From Camelus dromedarius (Eukaryota): a DNA stretch of 64,000 nt. Shown here in pieces: positions 11,821-26,120 of the stretch. The stretch lies in the NCBI RefSeq assembly GCF_036321535.1, contig NC_087437.1:2480001-2544000 (forward strand). Direction: 5' to 3'. The translations under genes were made by a program, and so were the position numbers. Position 1 is the first letter of the stretch. Each line of letters starts with the position of its first letter. The notes under the pieces are model-generated. The model did not search any database. It was given only the letters and a program-made list of their open reading frames with translations, and was not told the DNA's origin.

Positions 11821-14179
11821 GTTGGTGCTAGGTGGCTGAGTGTTTTGGGACATTTCCAGAAGTGAGGCTTGACCCTGAGAAAGCCATGTTTGTATGCAAC
11901 TGCGGTTAGAGTGGGGTGGAACCACAGGATGCTGAAGGCCTAGTCCCCCAGAGAGCTCCCCACCAAAAACCTCTGTATCTCCTTATCCCCCAGTGTATTC
12001 CTTTCCCCATCCCTCTGGGCCCCAGCCAGTCTCCAGGGAATTTAGCAGATGCAAACAGCAGAAAGCTGTTTTCATGGTTTCAGAGATTGTGGCAATATGT
12101 ATCATTAAGTACAAACTTGAGAAGCCAACACTCGCTCTCCAGATGAAATGAAAATGTGTTTCCTCATGTCTGCTGACCCTGCTCTGTGGCTCTGCCTTAT
12201 GTTTACACGCTTTCATCACTGTATTTTTTTTTTTTTTTTGCTTTTATTTCCACCAATTAAATCTTCAATCAATCTGAGATTTATTCGGGAGCATGGTATA
12301 ACATTTGAGAACTTTTTAACCACATAACTATGAAAAGACCACGTCAGTTACTCAGTGAGTCCACGCTGCTGGCTGACCACTTGCAGGAGGGGGGGAAGGC
12401 AGGGCAGGCCTCTTCTTCCTGCCTAACTCCATCCTTCCTCAGCTGGCTAATTATGGCTTCTGGCCCTGCCAGGATCAAAACTGCAGGGGGCGGTAAAGTT
12501 CCTATGTGGCTGACACTCCTGGGAGCTGGTCTTGAGTGGACTGGACCTGGCAAGTGTTTTGAAGCTGACTCTCTCAGGGGCATTTCTGTGCCCCCACCTG
12601 CAATTCCCCTGACCTAAGGGAATGTGGTGTTACTAACTTCCCCATTTAAACTATCTTTTCTATTAGCATACACTGTTATTACCCTCATTTTATAAAAACA
12701 GATGTGTTCACCCTCCAGCTGTGGCCCCATTTCTCTGCTCTCCAGCACACACGCCTCCTGCCCCTGCAAAGGAGCTGTTCCCATTCACTTCCTCTGATTC
12801 CTCTCATTTTCCACCCAAGCAAGTGTGTCCACTCGATGTAACTGCTCACGACAGGGTCAACCACCACCCACCACCCACCACCCACCAGGTGCTGACTCCA
12901 AGGGGAGCTCTCAGTCCTCTCCTCGCACGGTCCGGCAGCCACACTTCCCACCGCTGCTCTCCCCGAATTCCTCAAGCCCTTTCTTCACGGGGCTTCCCGG
13001 GTCTCAGGCTGCTCTGGTTTCCTCCCACAGCCCTGGCTGTCTTCTCAGTCCCAGCCCCTGAATGCTGGCACACAGCACCCCTGAGGCTCAGTCTTCTGGC
13101 CTCTACTACTGTCTGCTGCCGCCCACATCAGCCTTAGGGCTTTATGTATTATCTACAAGTTGGTAAGTTCCAAACTGCTATTTCCAATCCAGACCTCCCT
13201 CCTGTATTCCAGACTCAAATACCCATTGCCTCTGAACGTCATCTCTTGGAAGTCTAATAGGACCACTCCCGGGCTGGCCCTCACCTCTCATGCTCCCTTC
13301 TGTGCCTGCACACTCCTGGGCCTGCCCTCTCATTTTCCTGCCCCCACTTCAGCCTGCCCTCTCCTGGGCCTGCACACTCCTGGGCCTGCCCTCTCATGTT
13401 CCTGCCCTACTCTTGGTATACATTTGCTCACTACTCTCAAAACCCTCAACACTTTCTCTTTAAATTATGGATCATTTTCCTTGTACTTTGACCACTTTCT
13501 TGATAGTGACCCTGTAACATCTAACATTTTAAAAGGTTTTTCACACTTCTTAGCTTTTCCATGCTGTTTAATAACACTGCAGCACATCCCAGTCTTTTGA
13601 AAATTATATGTATTTTGCCCTCCTATTCTTCTGTACATTGTGCTGATACTCCAGTCTTGTAGGTAGATTCCCCTTCATTTACTGTTAAAGGAGTAGGTCC
13701 TTGTGTTGTCACTACAGCTCTGACAACTGAAATGAGTCAGCTTATGTACATGCTGTGCTGTGCATCATGCTTTAGTGAAGATATCTATTCATGGGCCATT
13801 TATGCTACTCCCAAGTCTTTCCAGGTGATCTGCATTCATCTGATCACTGAAATAGGTTCCTGCCTCCCTATTTCTTCCATGCTCCGGTACTCTGGCTCAC
13901 CGGAAACGTGTTAAGCCAAATTGTGTATACGATTTTCTTTACGTTACCAAGCTTGGTGTTCTCACTTGGCCCTTGATTTATATTTCTTCAAGCTTTGGCT
14001 CACACCCAGATCCAGGCAAGCCAGTCTTCTTGCACAGACTTGGTTCCAAAGGCCAATCAAGTAAGGCATTTTTGATATTGACTGAACACCAGAAAAGTGC
14101 TATTTATCTATCCTAAGTGAAGGCCACAAAATATGTACACTTGCTTTACTATTTACGAATACGAGGCCCTTAAAGGAGT

Positions 14180-14830
14180 TCTGTAATATGTCTGATAAGG
14201 AGTCAGTTGCTAATCTCGTGGTTTGCTGCACAGAATGAATTGTTTTGCTCGTTGCTTTTAAGATTTTCTCCTTGTCTTTTCAACTGTCTGTGCTGTCTAG
14301 TTGTGAATCTCTTATGTTTGTTCTCTGTAATGTTTGTTGAACTTAGGTGTGCAGATTAATGTTTTCTTTGAATTTAAAAAGTTTTCAGGCATTATGCCTT
14401 CTAAATTTTTTTGTATTTTTCTCTCTTCTGGTCTGCCAGTTTTGTGCGTGTTGCCACGCTTACTGGTGTACCACAGTTCTACGAGAAACTATCTTAATTT
14501 TTCACTGTCTGTCAGATTGGATAATCTCTTTTGCCCTGTTTTCAACTTTACTAATTGTTCCTTCTGCCACCTCTAATGTGTTGTTGAGCCCCAACAGTGA
14601 GTTTTTAATTTTAGTTATTGAATGTTTCAATTTTAAAATCTTCATTTCTTTTCTTAATGTAATTTTTATCTCTTGCTGTTATCATTGATTTCTTGAATCA
14701 GTGTCATCATACTTTCCTTTAAATCTTAAACATGGTTTTCTTTGAATATATTTATAATACCTTGTAATATACTAGTACTATAGTACTTGTATTCTGAGAA
14801 CATATTTATAACAGAAGCTTTGATTTTCTT
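14180..14830 (-). mobile_element. Old L1 fragment
   Basis: T-rich L1M-like text (gctttaagattttctcc, gaagttttcaggcattat). Confidence 0.55.
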
Positions 14831-17800
14831 CTAAATCCAATAGCTGAGCTCCCTCAAGACAGCTTCTCAAAAACAAATGTTTACTAAAAGTGATTATTAA
14901 AAAAAGAGATGACTAAATGAGCATAAAGTCATCAATGTGAAGGATTGAGATACAGAAGTAGTGTGTTTGTGGAAAACTTTCTTTTTGATACCAGTTTAGT
15001 AATTTTCTCAGCACATTTTGTGTATTCAGTCTTGTGTGTGTGTGTACCATTAAAAGAAAGAATTAGTGGAAATAGAAAATCATCTCCTGTAATCTTCAAT
15101 CTTCTTCACAAAACTGTTCCTATGACATCCTCTAATCTTTTGCTAATAATGCTATGTTCAGATATGATACTAATTTATATATATCCACAGTTTCAGATAC
15201 CTTAGTTTGGATCAAGCAGATAAGAAAAAAAGATACGAACTGAAAATAAGATACAAACTGGAAAAGTATAAAATGTATAATGTGTAGATATATGAAATCT
15301 TTATCTATTACAAATAACTAAGCATAAGCATGTTTTTTTTTAATTTACTTTATGTGACACCATCTGCATAATTCAGGAAGTCAACTCTTTTCCACAGCGC
15401 TTTATTATATGTTGATGAGAAGCTTTGCATTGTGTCCTCTAGCCCAATGTATACCTTCAAGCACAAAACTTACAAAGTCTATTCTTAGAATCATCTCTCC
15501 CCACCAAGGCCAAAGCTTTCATTTGTACCTCAGTTCATCTATTCTTTAGGATAAGTACTCTTCTATGAATTTATTCATCAATTAACTTCTGATGGGTTAG
15601 CCCTATAATTTTTTCCCACTGAATCCAAGCAATAAACACATTCAAATTAAAACATTCTACCACTTAAGTCTTACTATATTTTAATATTTAACAATGTTTC
15701 TTTAACCTCAATTTATAGGTTAATACTATTACGGTGTATTACCTGAATTTAAAACTGTGAACATTTTTGATGTAGACTTTACTGATATCTGTAAACTGAG
15801 CTACAAGTGTAGGGAGGATGGGATAAGTTTATGAGCACTGTAGAACTCAATGGCTATAATGAGTATTTACTATGTTTGTATGTTATATTTAATTTGAAAA
15901 ACAACCTTAATTCTGTTAACATTCTGCATAATTCTTTCCAAGATTTATTTTCATCAACGTGTATGTGTGTGTGTATGTATACATATATGTGTATGTGTAT
16001 GTGTGCTTATGCTTATAGACAGATTTATACTCATGTAACTAAGAATAAGCAGGCTTATATATAGGCCTGTACTTCTGAATTTCATGACTTGTGTCGTTAA
16101 CATTTCACTGACCACTAACTATTAACCAAAATTTGATTCTTAGTATGTGTTTCATATACGCAACACTTAAGTCAAACATTTCTGTATTATTGACTATTAG
16201 TTTTTTTCCTCCAGAATCTTCATTCTCATAAATAACACTCCGAAGAACATCTCTGAAAACAAACCTGAGCTTGCATGTCTTGATTATTTCTAGCATTACT
16301 TCTAGGGAAAAGCCTTGACTGGGTGGTTAAAATGAATTGTTTGTGAGCTAAATAAAGGTTTAAGCTAGAATTATTAAAAATAAATTCTAATACATAATTC
16401 AAATTTGGTCAGGTAATATTTTATACTACCAGAAGAATATTATGTAAGGATTTTTATCCTCTCCTGATTTTCCAAGATGTTTGGTTTTTACATAGTAAAG
16501 TATAAATAACTAAAACAATGTATTTTTCAGATAAAAATAAAACAGTACAACTCTACACTTGTATTAACTCTCGCTTTCTCAAATTAATTCTGTATTTTCA
16601 ATAAAAGTATGATCATAAGAGATTACAAGTAAAAAATTAAATCTCAGATTATTAATATTGCTTTTCAAAAAGGCATTTAAAAGTGTCTGATGTTTGCATT
16701 TATATTAGGAAACATCCTTTTTAAACGTCAGTGAGCATACTCTCCAAATGCATTTACTTAAGCATTCTTATTAATAGTCCTGGTATTATTTTAATAAGAA
16801 ATATCTAATCAAGATATTTTATATTTAATCCAAATATTGTAGGTAAATCAGAATATATTAATCATTTACATGCAATCAGAACGTTAGAATTTTTAAAGCT
16901 ACGTAACTGTTGATTTATTGAGATACGTCAGCCACCAAAAGTAGCAAGTAATGAGAACAAACAATTTATGCTGCGTAAATTCTAATCCTATTTCTTTAAA
17001 AAATTGTGTAGGAAAATGAACATGTACAACTATGATGAACTAATCCCTTCAACTAGAACAGTCCTGGATGTACTTAAAATATTGAGATTTCATTTAAAAT
17101 AATATTTATAATCTTTCTTCCAAAAAATACATTTTAACTATTTTGGTCTCATTGCCAAGGGGATCGAAAAGGAACTCATAAAATGAGATTATTGTAATTA
17201 TTTTATTTTCCTATTAAAATGGCAACACACAGATTGAGTTTAACAGATACCATGAGAGAGTATATTCTTTTTGACTATAAAAAATATTTTCGAGGTCTTT
17301 TTTCTTGGTAGTAGGATGTCACTTTGCAGGAGAAATATTTAATTACAGATGTATATAGACACAGATACAAATACAGATATACATATGTATATTATATTTG
17401 CAGAGAATTATTTATCATTAAAAGGTATTCATAATAATATCTCTACCACTTATGAAATGAAAAAGTGATTTAAAAACAGCAAAGTCGACTGAAGGGAAAT
17501 TATCTTGCAATTTATGACAGCATCTAATTTAAATCCCTACTTTCTGACTTAAATCAACATTGTGACTTTTAATTAAATTGACACTAAATAATAAATTCTT
17601 CAGCATAGTGAGATAAGTGGATTCAAACTTTATTTCCTAGAAAGTATACGTTATTCACGAATATATCTGTGAAAAAAAGTGTAATGCGATTATTTGGAAA
17701 CAAAACCAAAATGAGTATGACTCATCAAAACATGTCAATTTTTAAAATCGTAATTACCACATGAAATGGTTAAGGGTAGAATTTAAATACATGGATTCTA

Positions 17801-17939
17801 TTTTTCTCACTTTTAAAACATTCTCTGATTTAGAAGGTGGGGTAAAAGGACAAAGAATTTTGTGAAAAAAAAATTACAGTGCATACACGTATTGAAAGGT
17901 AGTATGTATAATGAAGCTGCGATATATCTTTTTCTTCAA

Positions 17940-18730
17940 CGGGAACACGAGAGGAAAGGAGAAAGGAGACGGGGATCGGGTACAAGACGACGCGGCGGCG
18001 GCGGCGGAGCGAGCTCCGGAGGCAAGGGGCGGGGAGGTGGGGGGCGTGTGCGGGGGCGAACCGAGGAGTGACCGGGACTTCGGGCTAAAACTCGGTGGTT
18101 CCCGTCGCCCGTTCCCGCGGCCGAGCCATGAGAGCCACGGTGAGCTCGGGCTTCTCCGAAGCCGCCGCCCCTACCGTCTCTCCAGGCCCCGGCCCCTCCC
18201 GCGGCTTCCCGGAGCGGCCGACCGGCCCCACCCCCTCCCCGCGGCCCTGCGGCAGCCGCCCGCCCAGCCGCCCCCTCCCCACGGCTTCCCGGAGCGGTCG
18301 GCCGTCACAGCCCCCTCCCCGCGGGAGCCGCCCGGCCTCGCTCCCTCCCCGCTGTCCTGCGGGAGCCGCCCGGGCTCGCCCCCTCCCCGCGGTCCTGCTG
18401 CAGCCGCCCGTCCCCTCGGCTCTGCGGGAGCCGCCCGGCCCCGCCCCCTCCCGCGGCTCCCCGGAGCGACCGCCTAGGCGAGCCGGTGGAAGGCATCCTC
18501 CAGGTGGGCAACCATCTGAGTGACCTCTCAGCCTGCTGACCCCAGGGTGGGCAGGGCAAGTATCTCTTCCAAAGGCTCATCCTCGAGCAGGACTGGAGCC
18601 TCGGGAGCTCCGGGGCGCTTGAGGGGCGCCTCTGCGTTTCCCGGGTGTCAGGGCTTCTGCTTGAGCCTTTCTGCTTGCAGCCACCAGGCAGCTTTTAACC
18701 ACCCTGGAGCCCCGCCCGAGCCGCGGCCCA
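17940..18730. promoter_or_regulatory. CpG island, candidate promoter/first exon (GCCATG at 18128, donor ACG|GTGAG at 18139/40)
   Basis: Abrupt very high GC and CpG density within AT-rich flanks; GGGGCGGGG Sp1 box; (GGC)n run. Confidence 0.7.
18185..18480. repeat. Degenerate GC-rich minisatellite (~39-nt unit, GCCCCCTCCCCGCGG..CTGCGGGAGCCGCCCGG)
   Basis: About 7 diverged copies of CCCCTCCC(C)GCGG and GAGCCGCCCGG. Confidence 0.75.
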
Positions 18731-18759
18731 AATGGAAACAATTAAGCTTCTGCAGCAAA

Positions 18760-19590
18760 GTTAAAGAAAGCAAAATAAACAAAAAGGCTTTAGAAAGGGC
18801 CTGTTTATCTTTCAAAAAAACGTTTTATTCTCCCCTAGAATTCCCGCATCCCCCCATTCCCTTCCCCTATTAAGGTTGTATATAAGCTCTCAAATCTCAC
18901 CCCTTTTGGGGAGGTACTTTTCTTTTTTTCCTGTGAAATTCCTTGTGTATGCAATATTAAAAATAATAAAGTTGTGAATCTATTCTCCTGTTAATTTGCT
19001 TTGTGGCTTATTTCATAGAGTCAGCTTTTGAACTGAAGTGTAGCAGAGTGTGCCACTCCCAGATGTATGATTTGGGCATAAGAACACTGAGCTGAGGATA
19101 AAAGAAAAGCTCCCACCTTCCCTTATTTGCTTAAAAGTAGGACATACATTTTCACAGCCATTCCTTCTCCCATTTCTACCAAAAAGGACAAAAGTTAATC
19201 ACACCATTAGACACCCCATTTTCCCATAAGGGGAAAAAGAGTTTTCCTCCATCCTCCTGGGCTCTACAGGGGAGGACACATAATTTTCTTTCTATCCTTC
19301 TGAGTTTTGGAACCAGAGGAATCTGCATAAGAAACTTTACTAAACAACCTTTATTTCAACCCCTGGAGGCCTGAACCTTCTTTCTGCTGTCCTGTCATTT
19401 CTCCACAAATTTATTCTTTGTTGAAGACGCTATATAAGCTGCGATTCTAAGTTGTCTCTTTGAATTACTCATTTTTCCTTGGGTATCTCCCATATATACA
19501 TGAGGTGTACATGTTAATAAACTTCTGCTTGTTTTTCTCTTGGAAACCTGTCTTTATTACAGTGGTCTCAGCCAAAAACTGACTTGTGAC
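18760..19590 (+). mobile_element. Two adjacent ERV1-type LTR remnants
   Basis: Each has a TATATAAGC box (~18880, ~19430) followed by AATAAA and a ctcctgttaat/tctcttggaaacctgtc U5-like end. Confidence 0.7.
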
Positions 19591-19749
19591 ATTTGGCAGG
19601 CATGCCTTGTTATAGTATTCTATAGTATTCCTATCTGGGTTTCTTGAAATCCTGCTGTTGTCTGCTTTCAAAACATAAAAAGACAGCTAAAATAATGCTT
19701 CCTAAGCAAAATCTTTCAAAGACTTATGTGTGATAGTTTTATGAATACT

Positions 19750-21490
19750 CAGGCAAGAGACATCTCTTGTGAAATGAAATTAGGAAAACAATTCCATACA
19801 ATAGTATCAAAAGGAATAGTACTTAGGAATAAATTTAACAAAGTGAGTGCAAAACGTATACCCTAAAATTAGATTCTGATAAATTTTAGAAAGAAATTAA
19901 AGATCTAAAAAAGTGGAAAGCATGTTGAGAAAATTCAACATTGTTAAGATGGCAATATTTACTTTAAACTCTGTCAAAATCTGAAAGGCCTTTTTTGAAG
20001 AAATGAATAACTGACCCCCAAATTTGTCTGGAATTTAAAAGGACACAGAAGAACCAAAGCAGATTTGGAAGAAGAACAAAGTAAGAAGATTCATATTCCT
20101 CATTTTCTGAACTTCCTACAGAGCAACAGTAATCAAGACAGTGTGGGGCTGGCATAAAGATAGATACGTAGATCACTGAAATAGAAGTAAACCCATGCAT
20201 CTAAGGTTAACTGATTTTGAGAAGATTACAAGACAATTCAGTCAGAGGAGGGTCTATTCAAAAATGGCACTGGGACAGGTGGGTGGCCACATGCAAAACG
20301 ATGAGGTTAGATCCTTAGCTAACATCGTATGCAAAGTTAATATGAAATAGATCCAAAATCTAAATGTAAGTGTTAAAAGTATAGAACTATTAGAAGAAAA
20401 CATAGGGATGTACCTTCACGACGTTGGACTTGACAGTTGATTCTTAGATATGACACCAAACACACAAGCAACAAGAGCAAATAATAAGTAAATTGAACTC
20501 CATCAAAATTCAGACTTTTTTGTGTGCCACAGAATGTAGTTAATAAAGCGAAAAGAGAAATCCCAGAATGGGATAAAATATTAGCAGATCGAGTATGTCA
20601 TAACGGACTTTTATCTAGAATGTGTAATGAAATCTTATAACTCAAAAAAGACAAATAACCCAATTAAAATGATATTCCATTTATTCAAAGAAGATATACA
20701 ACTGACCAATAAGTACAAGAAAAGGTACTTGGCATACTTATATAACAGGAAACACAAATTAAAACCATAATAAGATACTATTTCACACCTATTATGATAA
20801 TTATAATCCAAAAGTCAGGTCACAAGTGTTGACAAGCATATGGAGAAATTGGAACCCTCTTATACTGCTGCTGAGAATGTAGAATGCTGCAGCCACTTTG
20901 GAAAACTCTTTGGCAGTTTATAAAGTTGTTGAACATACAGCTACCATATGACCCAGCAATTCCACTAGACACATATGCAAGAGAGATGAAAACATATGTC
21001 CACACAAAAATTTGTACATGAATGTTTATAGCAGCATAATAGCCAAAATTTGGAAACACCCCAAATGTCCATCAACTGATAAATGGATTTTAAAATGAGG
21101 TATATTCATATAATGGAATACTATACAGCAATAAACAGGAGTGAAATATGAAGTTTGACACATTACAACACAGATGAACCTCGAAATCACTCTGCTAAGT
21201 GAAAGATAGTCACAGTACATCACATATGATGGGATTCTATTGTACATGAAATGTCCAAAATAGGCAAATTGATAGAGACAAAAAGTAGATTAGCCATTGT
21301 TTAGTGCTGGGCTGGATGGAGTGATAGGGAATGATAGTAAATAGGTACACTTTTTGAGGTAATGAAAATCTTCTAAAATTGTATTGATCATTGTACATAT
21401 CTGTAAATATACTTAAAATCGTTGAATTACACATTTTAAATGGGTTAATTATGTTATATGAATTATATCTCAATAAAACTTTTAAAAATG
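19750..21490 (+). mobile_element. L1 (L1MB/MC-like) ORF2 end and 3'UTR
   Basis: acagtaatcaagacagtgtgg, ccatatgacccagcaattccact, ccaaatgtccatcaactgat; ends tatctcaataaa. Confidence 0.88.
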
Positions 21491-22409
21491 AGCCTATTCA
21501 AGTGTGAATTTTTAAATTAAGGCATAGTGTACCTCTAAAACAAAATCAGACGTGTTTGATAGTATTCAGGGTTTAAAATAGTACAAAATCCGTAAGAAAA
21601 GAGTTATAGCTAAGAGTAAGGCCCATGAAGTCTGCCTAGATTTCTATTCTAGTTTGACCCATTATTACTATATGATTCAGGCAAGTTATTTAATCTGAAA
21701 GTTATTTAATCTGAGAAATGGGTGTAATAAAAGTACCCATGTCATAGGTTTATTAAAGAGATTAAGTGAGATCTGAAGTAAGTTCATGTTAGATTTCATA
21801 CTTTCATAATTCTTATTGTTATTCGCTGACAACCCAGTGTTACCAACCTACTACAAGTTCATTTCTCGTATGCACTGCTCCTGAAACAGATGTGGTACAA
21901 ACAGGTCCCAGATTCAAAGAACTGCTGAATTTCGTGGTGCAGAACACAAGCACATGAGAGTAGGTGAGGAAAGACAACAAGAGCTGGAATAAATAAGAAA
22001 GGTTGTCTAATGCATGTGAGAAGACCCAAGCTGGAGGAGGAGAAAGTGAATCTCAGGACAGAATGGCAAACTGAGAGGTAGGGATGGAAAGGAAGATATC
22101 ACTAGTGGAATAGTGAAGAGATTGGGCAGGATGAAGATGCTGGAAAGAACAGCTTTGAACAGGTAGGACTGAGCTCTGCTACACATGATAGGCTAAGATG
22201 TTTAGATACGTGGGGTATTAGTGGAATTTTTATCTTAACTTTGTAAATTGTGGTTTTCTTACAGAAATAGGATTAGTTGCATATTGCCACCATTGGGTAA
22301 CGGTTCTTATATTTGAGAGTTGTGTCAAATAGCCACTTAGCCAAGTAGTGGTAATGTTTAGCTCTGTCTCCAGTGGGCTTTTAACCAAGAAGCAAAATCC
22401 CTATCTTAG

Positions 22410-22910
22410 AAAGAAGGGTCAAAGGAAAACTGCACCAGATGAACGGCTAAGGAAGACCTGACTCAGGACTTTTGCAATAGAGATTGAAGCTATTGCAACA
22501 GAAGAGAGAACCTGAATTCCGCTCTTCCAGAACAAACGGTGAGAGGGTTTTTAAGTGCTGTGGTGAACTAGCGGGAAAGCGCTGAGGGCTGATGGTGGGG
22601 AGCTGGCCTGGGTGATCAGGCTGCTGCGGTTACTAAGTCCCTCTTGCTGCTGTTAGGCCCCAGCTCTCCCAGAGACCAGGGGCTCCCTTCCTTGATGGTT
22701 ACACGTCAGAGGGCCAGCTCCCAGGGCCCCAAGAAAGACACTCCAGGATTACAGAAGATCTGCATCTCAAAGGAGCAGAGAAACAATGTGCAATTCCAAG
22801 TTTCCTGAAGTATATGCTCTAAGAAATAAGAGGTCAAGGGCCTGGAGTCAGGAGAAATCTTTCTAAAGGTTAGTCCAGCTGAGGGGAACATTAAGGCTCA
22901 TCTTGGTCAA
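22410..22910 (-). mobile_element. ERV1-type solo LTR (MER4/MER34-group-like)
   Basis: Ends in ...cttggtca (TG on minus strand); typical LTR text. Confidence 0.55.
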
Positions 22911-24087
22911 AGGATGCATATTTTAGAAATTCTGTCATGTGGACGGAATGCTGGTAACGCTTTGGAAATATATATGCATTTATGCAATGAATTATTTTTA
23001 AACCAAAAATGTTCTGGATACAATTATATGCATTATAAACCAAAGGGAGATCTTTCCTTCATTTTGTTTTCCTTTGGATCTCAAGGCCTTATTACTATTT
23101 TTTCCCTGTCAGAAAAGAACTATGCCTTGAGGCTTTCCTTCTTCAGGCAATATTTTAATGCAGAATTGCGCTTTATGAGCTGTGACAAGTCCCATTTAAT
23201 TTCCATCTTCACTTCAGAAACTAAGTGGACTTTGAGGCTGCCTTTGTGCTGGTAATTAGGGCAAGTGAATATGAATCTCAGTGTGTTTAAGTGGTAGCAC
23301 ATGTATTACTTTCTCTCTCAAATTCACCTTTATTCAAATGCAATATCCCACAACAGAGCATACTGAAAATTCAGAGCCTTGTGGATGACCCACACAATCA
23401 TAGCATTAGTAGCTAAACTTTGCATTTCTATGGTGCTCTGTAATTTTTAATCACTTCCTCGTACATAATCTTATTTTGTCTTCCCAGTAACCACTGTGGT
23501 GGGGTTTACTACAGGCTTTTATAGTTGTCATCCTGGAAATGGCAAGACTTGACTTTGAGGCTTTGGGCTCCTAGCTTAATATCTAGTTAGAAACTGAATA
23601 CTTTTTTCAGATCTTGGTAATTAACTAGCATGAATTTCAAAATCATTATGCTCTTCTCTTTTTAAGTGATTAAATTAAGATATAGCTTAGTATTTAATAA
23701 ATTTCTATTTCTGATACAACTTTAAGAAGGCTTCAGAATAACTGAAGCCCATTAAATCAGTTGGGGCCTTTGACTATAGGCAAAAAAATAAAGATTATAA
23801 TAAAACAAGATTAACAAAAGTACTCTTACCCTTCTTCTGAGACTGAAACTCAAGAATAGCCTACGGCATTGACAATGAGAAGAAATGTTTGAGAAAAAGC
23901 TGCATATGCTTAGCATATATTTGAGAAACTTTCTACGTGTCTGGTCTAATGTAATAAATACCACTATTTCAATCTCTATCCAAAAGAAACTATTTAACAT
24001 ACTATGAATGTAGGCAGAAAAACATAATTTTTAGTACTTCAATCTGAAATAGACATCAAGTAAAATGTCCAAAAATTACATCTTTAG

Positions 24088-24330
<243 letters not shown>

Positions 24331-24529
24331 TGATACTTTGAAAAAAATATGTTGGATCTTTTCATTAGTTTGCTGCTTATGTTGTGATCACCCATGTAGC
24401 AAGTTTTTGTGACTATACATTCGGCTCAGTTTTGGTAAATGACTGGTTTAGGAGTGTGTGATTCATGGAAAAAAGGACAGTTACATAGATTAGTAGTAAA
24501 TCTACTTGAAGTGCCTCTGATTTATAAAT

Positions 24530-25200
24530 ACGGGTTCTATTCTGGTTATCTATTTCTGCGTATCAAACCTCCCTAAAACTTAAGAGGCATAAAACAATAC
24601 CTTCCGTTGCAGTCATCATTTGTGGGTCAGGAATTGGGCAGAATACAATGGGGGTGGTGCATTTCTTTAAGATGTACGGGGCCTCACCTTGGATGGCTTG
24701 ACTGGCTGGAGATAGCTGGAACTCCTCTACTGGAGCCATATGTCTAGATTTCACTCTGGCTGTTGGTTAGATTCTTCAGTTCTCTCTCTGTCACATCACC
24801 TGAGCTAATACGTCTATTAAGGTGGTTCATTTGCTGTGTCTGACACCTAAGGATGGCTGACATAGCTGGGCTGCCTACACACCTTCCCTTTTTCTACATA
24901 CAGCCTGTCCATGTGGTCACCACGGGTTTCATCATGGTGCAGTGGTCCCAAGGTAGTCAGATTTCTTACACAGCAGCCAACTTCTCCCAAAGCGAGTATT
25001 CTAAAAGGCTGGGGCAGAAACTGCAGGGTCCTTTATGCCATAGCCTTGGAAGTCCCAGAAAGTTATTTCTCCTACATTTCTCTTGGTCAAACAAGTCACT
25101 AAATTTAGCCCAGTTTCAAGGTAGGGGAAGTAACCTTCACTTCTCAGTGGGAGGGGCAGCAAAGAATGTGTAGCTGCCCTAAATTTACCATCTTCCAAAA
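24530..25200 (-). mobile_element. MaLR/ERVL LTR remnant (MLT-like)
   Basis: gggtcaggaattgggcag, ccttggaagtcccagaa, gcccagtttcaagg motifs. Confidence 0.55.
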
Positions 25201-26120
25201 TGTCATTTCTTTTCAAATACAAAGGGTTAGTTATGGCTGGAATTAATTTTTTTCAAATGGGATGCAATAATTATGGCTATAGTTAATTATGGTTTCAGTA
25301 TAACAGAAGAGATATGACTGGAATAAATATTTCTTAATTTAATGTTCAATTTACATAGACCTACTCCATACTATATGATTACAAATAAGCAATGTACTGA
25401 TTTTTACCTTCAACATAAACATCATATAGATAGTGCTGATAGGCCCAATCAACCTTACCCTCACTTGCATTTTCTGATGAAATAATGGAAAAAAATCAGT
25501 GTAGGAAAAATTTGGGGGGAAAATTTTAGCTTTTTGTAATAGAAATGTCTCCCTACCCTGCCCTATGTATTATAAAAGTAAACTTCCATGCCCGATACTT
25601 TTGTAGGTCTATTTTGTTTTTATTTTTCTTTACAAAAATAATGTATGACATTTTTTAGAAGTTCTGCAAGAAAAATAGGCAAAAATAAACAATACTATAA
25701 TCATTTGTGAGAAATTACTGAGCGTAAGTCTGGTACTTTATACTCATTTCTTATATAATCCTCATAACGTTCTTAAGTGCTAGGTGTACCAGGACTGTCA
25801 CAGCACACTATTCTACCAAGAGCCACTCATATCAAATACAGTGAAAAGAGTACCCCCAGGAGCTGTGTAACTTTGCTCAGCCACAGAATTTAACCAGGTT
25901 TCCAGGGGACAGGACTTGGACCCGGATCAGTCTTATTTTTGAATCCATGCTCCTAAACACTACTAAACCACATTTTTTACAAGTACCTGTAATCCTACCT
26001 CTCACAAATGTGCTTTCTTAATACAATTATATATATCACACACACACACACACTCTTCCAGAAGCTTTTATATGATTAAACTTCATCTCCCCTAAATATA
26101 TTTTAAAAGCTGTATTTTCA

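Noticed and set aside
12330..13600. Cluster of 80-146 aa ORFs upstream of the promoter
   Set aside because: Pyrimidine-rich, L2-like debris and a short 63-bp duplication; no coding signature.
16105..16296. 63-aa ORF / possible 37-nt minus-strand exon
   Set aside because: No recognisable homology; AT-rich background.
17862..18873. Long overlapping Pro/Arg/Gly-rich ORFs (188, 142, 117 aa)
   Set aside because: Expected by-product of extreme GC content and a minisatellite; open in several frames on both strands; no domain recognised.
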